64,000 nucleotides of DNA from Rhizophagus irregularis. Its lineage: Eukaryota. Below, piece after piece: positions 1-15,120 of this stretch (position 1 is its first letter; the number at the start of each line of letters is the position of its first letter). The position numbers were made by a program, and so were the translations under genes. The stretch spans positions 3,286,001 to 3,350,000 of the forward strand of contig NC_089432.1 of the NCBI RefSeq assembly GCF_026210795.1, written 5' to 3'. The notes under the pieces were generated by a model that saw nothing but the letters and a program-made list of their open reading frames with translations, did not search any database and was not told the DNA's origin.

Positions 1-1685
1 TTTTTCATGGTAACGTTTATGATTTTGCTTTTGTTATCGGCGTAGATGGTAAAGAAACTCTTTTTTATTGTCCTATTTTTGGAAATTTGGGACGCCCTGT
101 CAATGATAAATCTTTATTTGTTTTTTTTCAAAATATTTTTTTTTATTTTATTTTATTTTTTATTTTTTTTATTTTTTATTTTTGTTACAGTTCATTGAAA
201 TACCAATTGCGTTTGTCGATTAAAAAAAAAAAACCATTATTTAAGATTTTAGGAAATTTCCCGCGCTTTATTTAAAGTTGTGCGGATCATCAGCTTCTAC
301 TTGGAATAGTAGATTTGCAAGTGTCACCGTTTCACAAAGGTGTTACCGTTTCACAGAATGATGTGTTACAGTTACATAAGTTTCACAAGAAGGGGCTGCA
401 AGATTGCATTTGTTTCTAAAGGGGCAAAAACAAAAATGCTAAATTTGGCGTTATCTTTGACCTTGTGACCTTGGGCTGAAATCGTGTGACATTAGTGTTA
501 CATATCGTTGCATATTACATGATTTCGTGCAACATCAATAATCAATCATAATGATCCCATATTGGTAAATTTCATATGAAATTTTCCCTTTTAGGAAACT
601 TTGGCTGGATATTGACGATTATTTACCGTTTGTGTTATTTGTTTATGCTTTTTGTTGGGGTTTGTGAGACACTTGTTTTACATTTTTGTAATTGTCCAGC
701 ATTTTCAATCGCAGCTTTTTTTTATAAATCATTTTTTTACACACAATAAATATTTTTTTTTTTTTTTTTTCATAAAAAGGGTTTGAAATGATTTTCTAAA
801 GTATAAATAGGGTGAGTGAACGGCTTTATATTAGTTTTTTCGTTTTTTTTTCTTTTTCATCCGACTAAAAAATCAGCCGTGTTTCACAAGAAAAAAAAAA
901 CTGGATTTATATAAAAAGCTATAAATACAAAAAAGCCGGCAAATAAACCGGTAACTAAACCGGGTCTTTTTTTTTTTTTTTTTTTTTATATTCTTTGTCA
1001 TTTTTGTAAATAATTGGCGTTCTTTTTATATTGATCCAATATTTTGGCGCCACAAAAAAAAAAAAAAAATTTATTATATATATATTTTTTTTTATGCTGC
1101 GGGTTATAATCCGTTTAAAGGATCAAAAAAAAAAATCATTTTTTTTTTTTTTTTTAAATAAAATCTAATTTTTTTTTGAAAAAAATTTTCTTTTTTTTGA
1201 TTTTTTTTTTATATTTTAGTGATTTGTACGAAAATTTTTTTTTTTTGTAAATAGTTTATCTAGAAAAAAAAAGGGCGAATCAAAAAAAGGGGAATTACAA
1301 AAAAGGTATATATAAAGTAATTGATCATCCTAATGACTCATTTTAGCTAAAGTTTGTGGAACAGTGACGATCAAATGTGATGTTTTAATTTTATAATATT
1401 GTTAATGTGATTTCATTTTAACAATCACAATTAAAGTGGATGACGTGTACCTTCTCAATCATTAATCAATATATATATATATCAATATATCAAATTATCA
1501 ATTTTTTATTTTCTTTCTCACACATTTTTTCCTTTTTCAATCAATCAATTAGGTTTTTTTTTTTGAACGGTTAAAGGAACAATACTCAAAAATCATAGCA
1601 AAAAAAAAAGAATCATCGTTGTACATATTTCATTAAAACAAAACAAAAGAATTTAATTGATTAATAATATACAATTCGGACAAAA

Positions 1686-4600
1686 ATGCATAATTACGTT
1701 ACATCTCCGGAACAAAACGCGCAACAACATGGATCATCGAATCAAGCTAGTATTAATAATATACTACAAAGACCTAGTACTACTACTAGAACGATGCCAC
1801 ATGAATTTACGTTGGATCAAGGAAATCAATCAGCAAAGAGACGAAAGAGTGGTGGTAGTACTTATGTGAATCCTCCTTCTCATCAATCCGATCAAGCTTA
1901 TATGCAACAAGGACCGTATCATTTCATTCAACCTTCATCATCACTTTATTTTAGTCCAATAACAAGTATAAATCCACCAATAACGGTGCGAAATAATAGT
2001 AGTATTTTACGACCTCAACCATTAACATTTGCCGATGCTTTAGTATGTATTAAATTTATTTTTTTAAATTTCTTGTTAAAAAATTTTTTTTTTTTAAAGA
2101 TAACAAATAAAAATGACAAAAACTATTTCGTTTGCGATAAAATCAGAGTCAGAGATCACAATCCCATACAATTTCAAATAATAACATTTTTAATAATTCT
2201 GATAAGCCACAGGCGTTGCAATCCTCCAATCAGGTTATTTCAAATCAAAATAATCATCATGGTAAAGATTTGATTTATTTTTTTTTTTGAAATGTTTATT
2301 TTATTTTATTTTATTTTTTTCTTTAATGATTTTTATTACTCGCAATTGTTGATATTTTAATTTTTTATACAGTTCCCGTTTCAAGTCAAATTATACCACA
2401 ACAAATAGGCTTTCAAAACCAGATACAAATTAGTAATAATAATACTCAACAACAAATATCACAACAACAAATGTTACAACAACAGCACGGAAACAATCAA
2501 GGTCAAATGCAACAAATTTCTTTAGAAATATTGAGGCCTTCAACATCCGGTCAGATTACTTTGTATCCAATACCACAGATTCAGCAACCTCTTCATACAT
2601 CAATAATGGATAATCCAATGTACAATAGTGATAACATATCTACGCCTAATATTTCATCAACACAAGATTCAATACAACATATCTATCAACGATTAGAGAG
2701 TTTAAAGGTAGATTTAGACAATAAAGATTATTTTCAATCTAATTGTGATGAACTTTATAATTATTTGCAAGATGGAAATGTATATAATTCATATCAAGAA
2801 CTGTTGGTTCAGTGTTTAAGGGTACGTATTTGTATATATAATATAAATGAATCAATTAAACTCGTTTCTAATTCTTTATATATATATTATTAGTGTGTAA
2901 AAAATAGAGCCTCGTATGGTTTTGAGGCAGCATCAAAAGTTTTTCAGAGTGCTATGATTAATATCGGCAGATTTAATCTAAACAATCAAAGTTTGTGTCT
3001 TAAATATTTTATTTATTTTGGCGTCATTGAAAATAAAAAATAAAAAATATCAGATATTAATATAATATATATATATATATATATATTTTTCTTAAAAAAG
3101 GTCATATTAAAAGATGGAACAATGAGGTCAAACCTGGTAGCTCTCAACGTTCTAGCACAAGGAATCTTTTAAGACAACAACAACAACAACAGCAACAGCA
3201 ACAGCAAATAGTGTTACTACAACAACAACAACAGCAAATAAGCGTTCCTGTAAGCCAACCAAGAATTGAACAACGACCCTCTACAGATATTGAAAAAGCG
3301 AATGCAAATTGGATTTCCAGAATAATCGATCGAGCTTGGGGTCATGTTATGCTTCCTTATGAATCGCAAATGATCAATCAACATCAATCTCAACAAGAAT
3401 TTATAAATTCCTTTTATGTCCCTCACGAAAAGTTCGAAAGGATATGGAGGTTAGTAAATTACTCAATGTTTCTGTGTTTTTGTTGAGTTTACAGAAGTAA
3501 TTTATATTTCTAACTCTCTCTCTCTTTTTTTTTTTAAAAAAAAAGACCAGAAACTCCTTTCCCGCCAGTTCACGTACATCCAAATAAATTACCAATTAGT
3601 TACAGGTTAATATCACGTAAACCCAGTAATCTTGATGAAGATAACAAGTGCGATTGGCCTCCAGAGGAAGCAACTTTTAAAATACATATCAATGATTCGG
3701 AAATTAAATTGAGCAGAGTATGATTTCATAATAAATTATACTTTGAAAAAAATATTTTATTGAATATTTAAATTAAAATCGGTTCTTTTTTTTTTTTTTT
3801 TTTCTTCTTCTCGATAGAAACAACGAATTCCTATCAAGCAAAACCAGTATTCGTTCGTTGGAGTTGATAAACCGGTCGATATTGTCCAATACTTGGTTGC
3901 AGGAGTCAATAGGATTAAAATCACCCAGTGTATGTGTGAACCATGTCGACAGCAATTAAGTGTAAGTCATTTTAACGTTTCCTTCCTTATTACTAGTTCA
4001 TTCATAAGAGAATAACAATAATAATCTTCATCCTTTTTTATAGGAACATATACTGTCGATAGAAATTTTGGCGAAAGAAACGGAAGAAATAGTGTTGCGT
4101 AATGCACGTAGTCAAACACTTACCATAGAACATGGAACGGAAATTGGTAAATTATTGAAAAATCTTTTTTATCCTTGTATGATTTATTATTTAATAATTT
4201 CTTAATATTTAAAAAAAAATTTTTTTTTTTTTACCCTTTAATCAGTTAAACGATTAATTTCTGGTCCAAGTTCCTCAAATCAACAAAATCAACCAACGAG
4301 TCCAGCTTCATCGATTGGAACAGGTCAGAACAATGTTGCTATGTTAATTGATGATGATTGTGACATAACGGTTAATAAAATGAAAGTTAGTTTACGTTGT
4401 CCATTAAGTTTATTAAGAATTTCCGAACCTGCGAAAGGACAAAATTGTCGTCACATAGGTGTAAGTAAAAAAAGATTCATAAAACTCGTCATTTAAATTA
4501 GAACGTAAAAATATATATATTTTATATGTTTATTTATTTATTTATTTGTTTTTATCATTTAGTGCTTTGATTTGCAAACTTACGTTGACGTGAATAAGAA

Positions 4601-5781
4601 AAATTGCAAATGGAGATGTCCCGAGTGCAAGTATGTTTAAATTCTTTTCAATAATTATTTATAATTTTGGATTACATGATATATGTATGTATATATTAAA
4701 TATTAAATTATTTAATAAATTTAGTGATAGAGTAACGTCGGAGACATTACGAATTGATGAATATTTCAAAAGTTTATTAAGACAGATACCAGGGTAAGTT
4801 ATAATCCAAAATCACGTTGATCGAAAAGAGATTTATTTTATATAATTAATCTTTTTTTTTTTTCGTTCCCTTTAAAAAATTAGAAATGTTAATACTGTTG
4901 AGATGGATTCTAGTGGAAAATGGACAGTTGTAGGACAAGATGAAGGTGACGGCGGAGATACAACTGACGATGATGATGTTATGCAAATTGATGCGAATTC
5001 CAAGAGATCATCACTTCCTTCAACATCGTCAAAGTCAGATAAAGCTTCTGCTGCTATAATAATATTAGACGATGATGATGAACCGGAACCTCAGACATCT
5101 AACAATAATCAACAAGTTCCTTTATTGCAGAGCAATGTACAACCATTAACAACATTACAATCGTTTGTTCAACCGCAAAGACCAAAAGCTATGAGACAAT
5201 CATCAACACCAGGTGTGCCGTATATGCAACATAGACCAAATATTCAAACGAATGATCAATTACAATCATCTATACTTATACAATCGCCTCCTCCTTCTGC
5301 AAATATGATATCGACTACTACTATTATGCAGTCTCCACCTGATACCACTATGTATATGGATCCGACGCGGACCAATAACAACAACATTAGAAAGAGAAAG
5401 CCTAGAAAGTCTCGACGTAAAGAGTTGGAGGTGATTCCACAAGAAAAAGGTAATTCCACTACAAAGGATGATAATAATAATGATAATGATAATGACAAAT
5501 CTAGTAGCGGTAGGTCAAATAATAATTGGTCATATGTGATGGGTATAACACCATCTCAACAAAATTATAATCCATTATCACAAGACATTGTTTCACAACC
5601 AGCTACGCAAGTGGCTAGTCCAATATCTCCCGTCAGTGTAACCAATCCTAATTATTCCCATCCTATACAGGACGAAGAAGAAGAAGGAGAATGGTTAACT
5701 GAAGATGAACAAGAGGAGGTAGTTTTGGACTCGTCGAGCGCTGCTAGAAATTCAATACATATAAATAATAGAATTGGGTGA
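1686..5781 (+). CDS. Multi-exon SP-RING (MIZ zinc finger) protein, PIAS/Siz-like SUMO E3 ligase with Q-rich N-terminus and acidic low-complexity C-terminus
   Basis: About 12 exons separated by GT-AG introns. Exons ~4246-4460 and 4563-4630 splice to MKVSLRCPLSLLRISEPAKGQNCRHIG|CFDLQTYVDVNKKNCKWRCPEC, the SP-RING consensus. The last exon (~4884-5781) has a SIM-like IIILDDDDE. Internal exon boundaries are approximate. Confidence 0.85.
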
Positions 5782-7011
5782 GAGAAGATTTAAACTAAAT
5801 AGAAAAAAAAAAGGATTTTAATTGCTTAAAAGTAATATTTGTTTTGTTTTCGGTATGGGATAATTGTAAACCTATAATTCAACAAGAAAAGAATAAAATT
5901 TAATATCATGAGGTCTAATTAATTAATTGCCTCAAATTTTATTATATTCTACTTACCGCTAAGACTTTTTGTGTATATTATTTTTAGAAAATTCTTAGTT
6001 TAAATAGAAAACTCATATATATATATATATACAATAATGTATGTAATTTGCATTATAATAATTTATTTTTTTATTTTTTTATTATTATTATTTTGTAAAT
6101 AATTAAAATAATTGAATATTTTTGCAGTAAATAAAGAAATTTGATAAATCCATTACATCTATACAATCATATAGTACATTATATTAACGTGTTTAATTTT
6201 TCTTAAATTCTTTGAAGGCCATTTAAACGAAATTAACGATTTTATATCAAATTTTTTTTTTTATTTGTATAAATAAAGAAAAAGCGAAAAAAATTCACGA
6301 TCAATAATGAAGCTTTTGATCACGATATCCGATTGTGATCGTGCAAACCATGACTTTGAACAATTGAAAGATAGTTTTATGTAATAATAATTATTAATGT
6401 CAATATCGTCAGCCACAAAATGCATCACAGCCTTTCTTTCTGTGATCCAATCTTTTTTCTCGTGTATTTTTTTTGTAGGAAAAAATTCTCATATAAACGT
6501 GACTTTTAAATACTGTATAACATCATTATTATTCACGCGATTTTAAAAAATCAACCAATCATCACTCACCAGGAATAAAAAATTTCATTTTGTCTAACTA
6601 ATAGTATTATTTAAAGCTTTCTCGTATAAATTTGAAATAATATCTTTATGATGTATATGATTTGAATCTTCGAATTTTTTTTTAAAATGATTATTGTATA
6701 TCAAAAATAGTTTAACACGATCTGCGGGATGTTTTTCTTTTTTTTCCAATTGTCTGGTGATTAGTGTGCAAGTATTGCAACATTACAGATCTTATCAACT
6801 TATAGAAATCATTTTTGCGCACAGAACTTTAAACCTATATAAGTTCAACCTATAAATACTAATTTAAAAAAAGTATCCTTTTGCCAAGAATTTTTTGTAC
6901 GATCACGTAGATCAGTAATAAACCTTATTTTTTTTTTTTATCAATCGTAACACACACTATAATTTATGCCAATTTATGCAATTTATTTCCAAAAATGGTT
7001 TCTTTTGGATA

Positions 7012-7335
7012 CGGGTAACTATCGGGTAACTATCGATTAAAAAAAATTATAGTAACTATAATAGTTATTACATTTGAAATTTTTTTTAAACCGAATATCC
7101 CAAATTTTTTTGTATTTTTTAATATTTTATTTTTTTTTATTTGAATTTTTTTACATTTTGAAATTTTTTAATATTTTAAAATTTTTTTAACATTTTGAGT
7201 TTTTTAATATTTTTGAATTTTTTTTAAATTTGGAATTTTTTTGAATTTTTTAACATTTGGAATTTTTTTTAATATTTGAATTTTTAATTTTTTTTTTTTA
7301 TAAATTTACCCAGTTTACCAGTTACCCTGCGGGTA
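7012..7335. repeat. Possible small non-autonomous element with internal T-rich tandem repeats
   Basis: GGGTAAC motifs on the left, inverted GTTACCC/TTTACCC on the right, and repeated TTTGAATTTTTT units inside. No clear TSD. Confidence 0.3.
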
Positions 7336-9803
7336 AAAAAAAATACTACATAATTAGTTCACTATAATTTATTTATTTTTTTTTTCGTGTTTTTAATAAT
7401 ATCGTTACTGCATTGTAACAGGTAATATAAATCATGATAGATTTTTTAACTAATTAGTACGCACCACATTCGTACACAGATGTGAACGATTTTTTTAAAG
7501 TTCAACGGATAAACATTTATTAAACGCCATTAAAACAAACTTTTGTCCAATGAAAATCATTATTTTTGACAAATTACAAATTTTTTTTTTCTTTTTTAAC
7601 GAAAAAGTTTGGTCTGGTGACTCTGTGAAGAGGTAAAAAAAAAAAAAATTTACAATTAAAATTTTTATATTACAAAAGATGTAGAAAAAAAAAGAGGGAC
7701 CAATTATTTTATTTTTGTATTCAAAGAAATAAAAAAAAATTCAATTATGATTGGATATATCAACAAATCAAATAAATTAATTATGGTTGGATATTTTATT
7801 TAGTTTATTTTTTTAGTTTATCGAAAGGAAACTATTGGTGTGTTTGATAAAAAAAAATCATAAATAATATTTATTTTATAATATAATGTTTCAATATATA
7901 AATTTGAACTTTAAATTGTTAATAATCATCGGACCAATTTTTACTTAAACTATTACAAAGTACAAACTAACAAAAATGTAAATATTTAAAATTCACTATT
8001 TTAGGAAATTCCCTTTATTTGCTTTATGTTGATTTCATTTAATTAACTTTATCAAAAATTAGGTTCATCTAATACAATTCTAACTTCACTTGATTCTGGA
8101 AAAAATTTTGAGAAATTTTCGGGGTTCGACGATTAATACGAAGGAAAAAGTGATGGGTATTGTTCCAATCTTGGCAGATTAACAAAGCTTTTATTCTGCA
8201 AGTCAGTTTTGAGCAAACCGGGTAGTATTCGAGTATACCATTATGGTGAAACGTATCTTTGAAAGAATTCATCCAAAGATCCAAGTATTATTAAGCCATA
8301 AAATATCATTTGAGAATCTATTTGTATCCTACCTGTATCATTGCACGAGAAATATTAGTATTGTGATTAACAGTAGAACAAGAAAGATTAAACGATGATT
8401 ACGAAGACTAAATAATTATTACTAAATTATCATCTGATGTTGTAAGCACTGTAATCTATTGGATTATCATTATTTCAAACGCAAACTAATACTATAAATA
8501 ATATTTTGAGAATAATTTTGTAAGATTTACTTTTGTTGATTGTCAAAATAATTATAAAAAAAAGTGAATCCTTTTACAAATGTGTTAAATTGTGTTCTGA
8601 AACATGTTTCAATAATCCACGTTCGTTTATTTATTGGGTGGAATAAAATATTGGTCAAAGATCCATTAAAATAAGTTTCAGTTAATGCGACAAATAGGAA
8701 TTAATACTATTATTAATATAAAAATTAAATAGGATTAACTCACTGTACCATATCAGATATACTCACATCGAAATGTAAGATTCCTAATTTAATATGTCTA
8801 ATATACTGTATGAAAAGCTTCATACTAAAACTAATTAAGCTATATTTATTCTTCACATATACTAAGTCGTATCATGTGATATTTATAGTTTATTTAATCA
8901 CGTGTTAATTACTGCGCAAAAAAGAATTTAAGAATTAATTACATGATTATTATTATGTAGTAAAAATAGTATAAACTATAAATATTATTTGGTTTGATCA
9001 ACAAATACCTTCATATCTTTCCTTTACCGTTTTTTATCTCGCTTTTTATATTGACATACTTTTTTAGCGTCGTTAAATGATACATGAAATATAAACCGTG
9101 TTCAACTCGATAAAATCTCAGTACAAGTGATGAAACGAATTGATAGGAAGAAATGGAGGACCCTTCTCTATAAAAATTTTTATCCGAATATTTCCATTAT
9201 TTCTCCGTAGCGTTTGTAAAAATTCCGTGAAAATGATACATTCACGGATATCCGTGTTAGAGAGGAAATATAAACACGGATCAACATTTTTTACAGTGGC
9301 TTTGGTAAAAATAGGGCTTACATTTACAAGTTTGAAATCTGGTTTGATAATTTTGCCAGAAAAGTTAAGATTCATTTAAATTTGTTTGTTTTCTATTCGT
9401 TAGGGTTCATAACTTAATTTGATTAGTTAATAGATTAGATAAGAGTGTAGAATTGGAATTAATATAAACTTGGAGTTAGTGTAGATTTAGAGTTAGGAAT
9501 TTTTGCGGAATTTTAACGCTAAAAACAGTTTATTTATTTTTATCAGAAACGTAAATAAAATTTATTTAACATGTTTCTCATATTCTCATAAACCGGATTA
9601 AAGATTGAAAGAGCCAAATCTGGATTTCCATTGTTCCTGTAGAAAGTTTCAGATTTGCTTTTATCTTTTCACAAACGAATTACGAATTAATAATCTGCGG
9701 ACATGCCCTTATTTCTAAAAAGCAAATACCGAACACGTTTCTTTGCAATGGTCATCGTTAAATTTATGTTTTCGTTTCTATAGTATTCTAGCAATAACAG
9801 ATT

Positions 9804-10509
9804 TAGGGATTGGAATCAATTCCCATAATTAGAATTTTCTCAAATTTCGATTCTAAAATTCGATTTTCGATTTCGATTAATCGTTTCTAATCGATTGTGC
9901 ATCATTAAATTTGTGGCAGTAAAATTTCCAATATCACAAATTTAAAATTTTATGATTTTGTATTTAAAATAAACGTTTTTATCAGTGATCGGCAGTAACT
10001 CTGGCCAAGCTTATAATTCCGGTCGGAATTAAAACTTTAGTGTAACACAATGTCACGTGATTTATAATTTCGTAATTCGGGCCGGCACTATAGTTTCGAT
10101 TTCTGTTTTCAATTTAGTGCGATGAAAGCTAGCACTCCTATAAAAAATATGATTATCAAAAATTTGTAAATACCCATTATTTTTTCTAAAAAATCATTTA
10201 GTAAATAGTTGATAACCTGTGAATACCAGTGAAAAATCTTATTTTTTCGAGTAAATTTACTTATTAAAAACTGTTATTGTAACACAAAGTTAAAAACTTA
10301 CTTATAAGTAAACTACCCAAATAATTGGAATTTTCCATAATTTCCCCCGGTAATCATAGGTAATCAACCATTTAGAAAAATCACGGGTATTCACAAATTT
10401 TTAATTTTTAGGGGTGTTACGCTATGATCACACCAAATTGAAAACAGCGATAATCGACTGATCGGATTTTCGATTAATTTGATTTTGGCAGAATCGATCC
10501 CAATCCCTA
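9804..10509. mobile_element. hAT-type MITE
   Basis: TIR TAGGGATTGG...CCAATCCCTA; 8-bp TSD AACAGATT at 9796-9803 and 10510-10517. Confidence 0.85.
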
Positions 10510-12885
10510 AACAGATTCTTCTTTAATTCGAAATCCGAAAAATGAATCGGAAAGTTAAGGCTAATACTGAATGCAAGAAAACATATTTTTACTTGGTCCC
10601 TCTCTGTATCCTTTATAAACGTTTGTTTTCTATGTAAAGGTTTAAACGTCCCAAATGCAGTTTCTAGACAAGGAAAAAGTAGGTGAGATTTCATTTTTTT
10701 TTTACACTCTGCTATTGATGGCGTAAAAAGTCGAAAAAATTTCACGAGTTTGTAACAAAAACGTCGGAATCAATGAATTTCTTTAAACAATGGAATTTTA
10801 TGGTACAAGCGTTCAATAACATATTATTAAATTTGGACAGATCACAACTCTGGGCACAACATCAATATTGTATATAAAAATAAACTATTGATATATGTCA
10901 ATATTGTACGCAAATAGCAAATAAACTATTAATATCAACATTGTACGATAATGAAAATATCGGTCAAATAAAATCAGCATGATCCTATATATAGAACCGT
11001 GCGATAATATTTTGCATCAATGCTCCGATTATTAATTGGATTTTTGAATTAATTTTATCAAAACGTAAAGTGAAATGTTTAGTAACTTATGGACCGTTAT
11101 GAAGTCCAATCTTTTAAACCCGGAGTTCTTTGGAAGAGAACGATTCCTTACAGGAGCCTGGAAGCTTAATTTCCTTTAAAACTAGATTCTTAGGCTTTAA
11201 TCCAAAAATGCAATGTTCTTTTCAGTCAATGAGCATAAAACATCTAGGTTGAGATGAATATAATACCAGTTAAATAATCTGAGTTATGTCTCATTCGGAA
11301 ACATTTTCGTTTGTTTTATTGAAAAGCTCGACTAAGATTCCAAGTTTCAAAGTGAGAAGGATTCTCACTGACTATAAGATAAATTTACAAATTTTAGAAC
11401 GCAAGATTAATTAGTGAAAAGTATCAGTCAGTAAAGGTTTAATGACTTAATAGAAGAATTTCTTCTGTATAACTCGAAACTGAATCATAAACCGATGTTT
11501 TTAACGAGTTTAAGTTCGATAAATGAACTAAAACTATTTAGAATGGCCATCATAAATATGATTTTTATGAAGCAGATGCTTCGAGATTAATTTAATAACT
11601 AAAATCTAGATTATTTCTACAGAATGGTAACTTAACAATTTGGCAGAATTCATAAACTAAATATTTTAATTTACCATAATGCTTATCACTAAACAAATCA
11701 ATAGCTGAATTTCCAACTTCACGTTTAAGTAGTTCAATAAATTCTTTATCAATGAAAATACTACAAAAGTCTCCAGCTCATTCAGTAATTCCAATTTCCA
11801 CTTAATTGAATTTTTTCTACTAATTCACGTGTTGCTAAATCCACTGTATCATCGCCGCAGTCAACGATCATAAAAATTGCTTGAATATTGTTACGCAGTA
11901 AAATATCACACAGTTATCACGTGGTATAATCGGACCCGTGATGTTGATCAATGTCGCAAATGTCGAATATGTTCGACACTTCGATATGTTCGATATGTAG
12001 AATATGTAGCATTTATCGAATATATAGCATTTATCAAATATATATCATCTATCGGATTTATTAGATAATTTTTTTTAGAAAAATTTGTTATAAAAAGACA
12101 GCGTAAATGCGCTTTGGAAAATAATAACTACAATTAGAATATAATAAAAATTAACGAACAGTCCTTACAAACATTTAATAAAGTTTATTTTTTTTATATA
12201 CACTTTATTTTTCGTGTTGCTATTTCTTATACATTTTTTTTGTATTCATTGTCTATATTTGTTTAGCTTAATCCATTACTTGCGACTGATCGTATAGGCT
12301 AGTATTTGGAGAGCTATACCATATTCGCATTTGATCGGATTTTACGTTGGATTTACATTGAATTAATAAAATTAGTATAAGATTGACGCCGATCCTGTTA
12401 ATTTCCGACCCTATTAATCCTTCTGCTTACATTTAATTTGCCGCTTATTTTTAAGCATACAAAGAACTGACATATAACAATATTTAGAAAACTTTATAAA
12501 ACTTAGATTTACAGAACTTTGAAGTAGTGTTCTCTTAAGCTACTATACATACAGCAAATTGCTACGGCTTCTACTATATTAATATTTCTTCATATTAACA
12601 TATTTAATATTTATTATCATAAAATCATGAGCATAAACAAATTAAACATACGTTCAGTTGTAAATTGCAATCTTTCAGAACGAAAATGAATAAAAATTTG
12701 CATGAATATTAAAATAATATTTGAATTATTTATTAATATGTTAATAATTACAAATAAAGCACGATTTTTTTTAAAAAAATCTCACATTATTTCAATAGTA
12801 AAATTCATTTTTTTTGTAAAATAACTATTCCTCAAATTTAGAAAGATTTCCAAAACTTTCTTGTTAGGTTATTTATTGCCTAAGT

Positions 12886-13697
12886 AATCTAAAAAATAGA
12901 TTAAATGGTAAAAAAATATGTTAGAAGACTCGAGTACTCTAAGTAAGCTTTGTAGAAAAGACAGATTCAAGCCCCCATGCCTACTATCAACTGACATTAA
13001 CGATATATCGTGAGTGATCAAACTCGTGCAGAGGTACTGTCACATTGATAATAAGACATGAGACCCACCACCAAAGGGAAGGGCCCCACATACAGAAGTC
13101 TGCGACATAGCTTGAGATATTATTATTTTTCCATTATTTTTCTCATTAAGGTAACCAGACGTCTAGAAGAGGAGGATAACCAAAGCACTCTAGGTGCACA
13201 ACTCCCTTATACATCCCAGCTTAGTCATTTCCACTTACCAAATTAGTAAAAAATCAATAAATTATCACTGCTAATTTCCGTTGATCAAATATAAATTTCC
13301 AAGATTTGAAGGTTAAAGCTTTATGTAAATCATGGAATCTAAAAAATAGAATATACGGTAAAAAATATGTTAGAAGACTCGAGTACTCGATAAGTAAGCT
13401 TTGTAGAAAAGACAGATTCAAGCCCCCATGCCTACTATCAACTGACATTAACGATATATCGTGAGTGATCAAACTCGTGCAGAGGTACTGCCACATTGAT
13501 AATAAGACATGAGACCCACCACCAAAGGGAAGGGCCCCACATACAGAAGTCTGCGACATAGCTTGAGATATTATTATTATTTTTCCATTATTTTTCTCAT
13601 TAAGGTAACCAGACTTCTAGAAGAGGAGGATAACCAAAGCACTCTAGGTGCACAACTCCCTTATACATCCCAGCTTAGTCATTTCCACTTACCAAAA
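12886..13697. repeat. Tandem direct duplication: two near-identical ~360-bp copies at ~450-bp period
   Basis: 12886-13245 is nearly identical to 13336-13697; ORFs 13058 and 13509 are near-identical translations. Confidence 0.9.
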
Positions 13698-14949
13698 TAA
13701 TAAAAAGTCCAAGAATATTTATTTTCATTGTTTGATGTTAAGTAAAAGTCTTCCAAGGCTTTTTTTACAAAAATGAATAAGAATAAAAATCTTGTATATA
13801 AAATATAAGTTTGAGAAAGTTATAATAAATATTAAAAGGAAAAAAAATTTGGAGACGGAGAGAAAAGAAAAAGTGACTTTATTTCTCATGGGAAAAATCA
13901 TTAAAATATATACTGTAAGTCATTGTGATTATATGATGTAAAATTGTTTACGCGTTATAATCAATTAATCATTACGCGCATTACACAAATGTTGATCACG
14001 TTGGTTAATATTAGTTAAGTCATTCCGGAATTATGAATAAAAAAAAAATTTTGGAGGACGTAGTGGCGCAGTAGGTCACGTTACACTCTTTTCGTGTAAG
14101 TTTATTGGCTGGATTTTTTTACTTGTATTAATAAAGAATTCTTAAGATACAAAGTGTAAAAAAAGTGGAATCTGAAAAAATACTAGATAGGAAAATGAGT
14201 TTGTTAATCCGGAAATGACGCTCTTATGGTAGAAGTTGTGAAGACTAAATTTGTGACTTCCAAATAGTCTGTCGGTCTCTGTCCGTTGCCTTTCAACATA
14301 CGTTAAGTACTGACATTTTAGTTATGTTTTTGAGATTTTAAAATTCTTCGCATTGAAAACAAAATTTCAAATTAATTTTCAGACTAAAACGCAGGAACAA
14401 GTATTGATACGAAATACAATCCATAAATCAGCCTATGATCATGTTATAATTGCTTTTTTTTTGGTACCTTTTTGACGTCGGTCAGAGACAAAAAGTGGAG
14501 GTTTACTACATGAATCTCATTCAATATTCGAAAGAATACCAGTTCGGGATGTGCTTTTAAGAAATCATAGAATGAAATGAATAATTTTAAGCGTGGCTAT
14601 AAACAACTTGTTCTCCTTGACTTATGTTCTGGTAATCACCTGTATTCTCGCATACGGGGATACAAAAATAGGGAATAAGTAGAACTCGTTCTGTGTGCAG
14701 TTGTGGTAAAAATTTTTCTTACAGATCAGGCGATGACACTTTTTTGGAGAACATGGAACCTTAAATACAAGAATTCACGTACTGTACATTTTCCGTTTGA
14801 GATTTTAAAGTTGTATTCAGAAAAATGAGATCCTGAAAGATGAAACTTTAACAGTCATGAAATGTGTCACTGTCAAATGTTTTCTATTCGCGTTATAAAC
14901 TATGTTTAGAAGCCAAGGAAGATCCTTTTAATCCGACTAAAAAAATTTT

Positions 14950-15120
14950 ATCTGTAATTTCTATAAAAACTTCGTAAAAATGAGCCTTTCAAGGATCCAT
15001 TCACGGAAATGTGGATAATTCAAACATGATATATAAATCATATAAGGTTATTAATTCCGGAAATATGAGCCTTTTACGGAAAAAGATGGAATATAAAAAC
15101 GAATTGACTTTTTTACAAGG
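14950..15120. repeat. Dispersed repeat; inverted copy at ~36790-36945 and partial copy at ~39285-39335
   Basis: Shared CCTTTTACGGAAAA(A/G)AGATGGAATATAAAAA in all three copies; GGATCCATTCACGGAAA in the first two. Confidence 0.7.
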
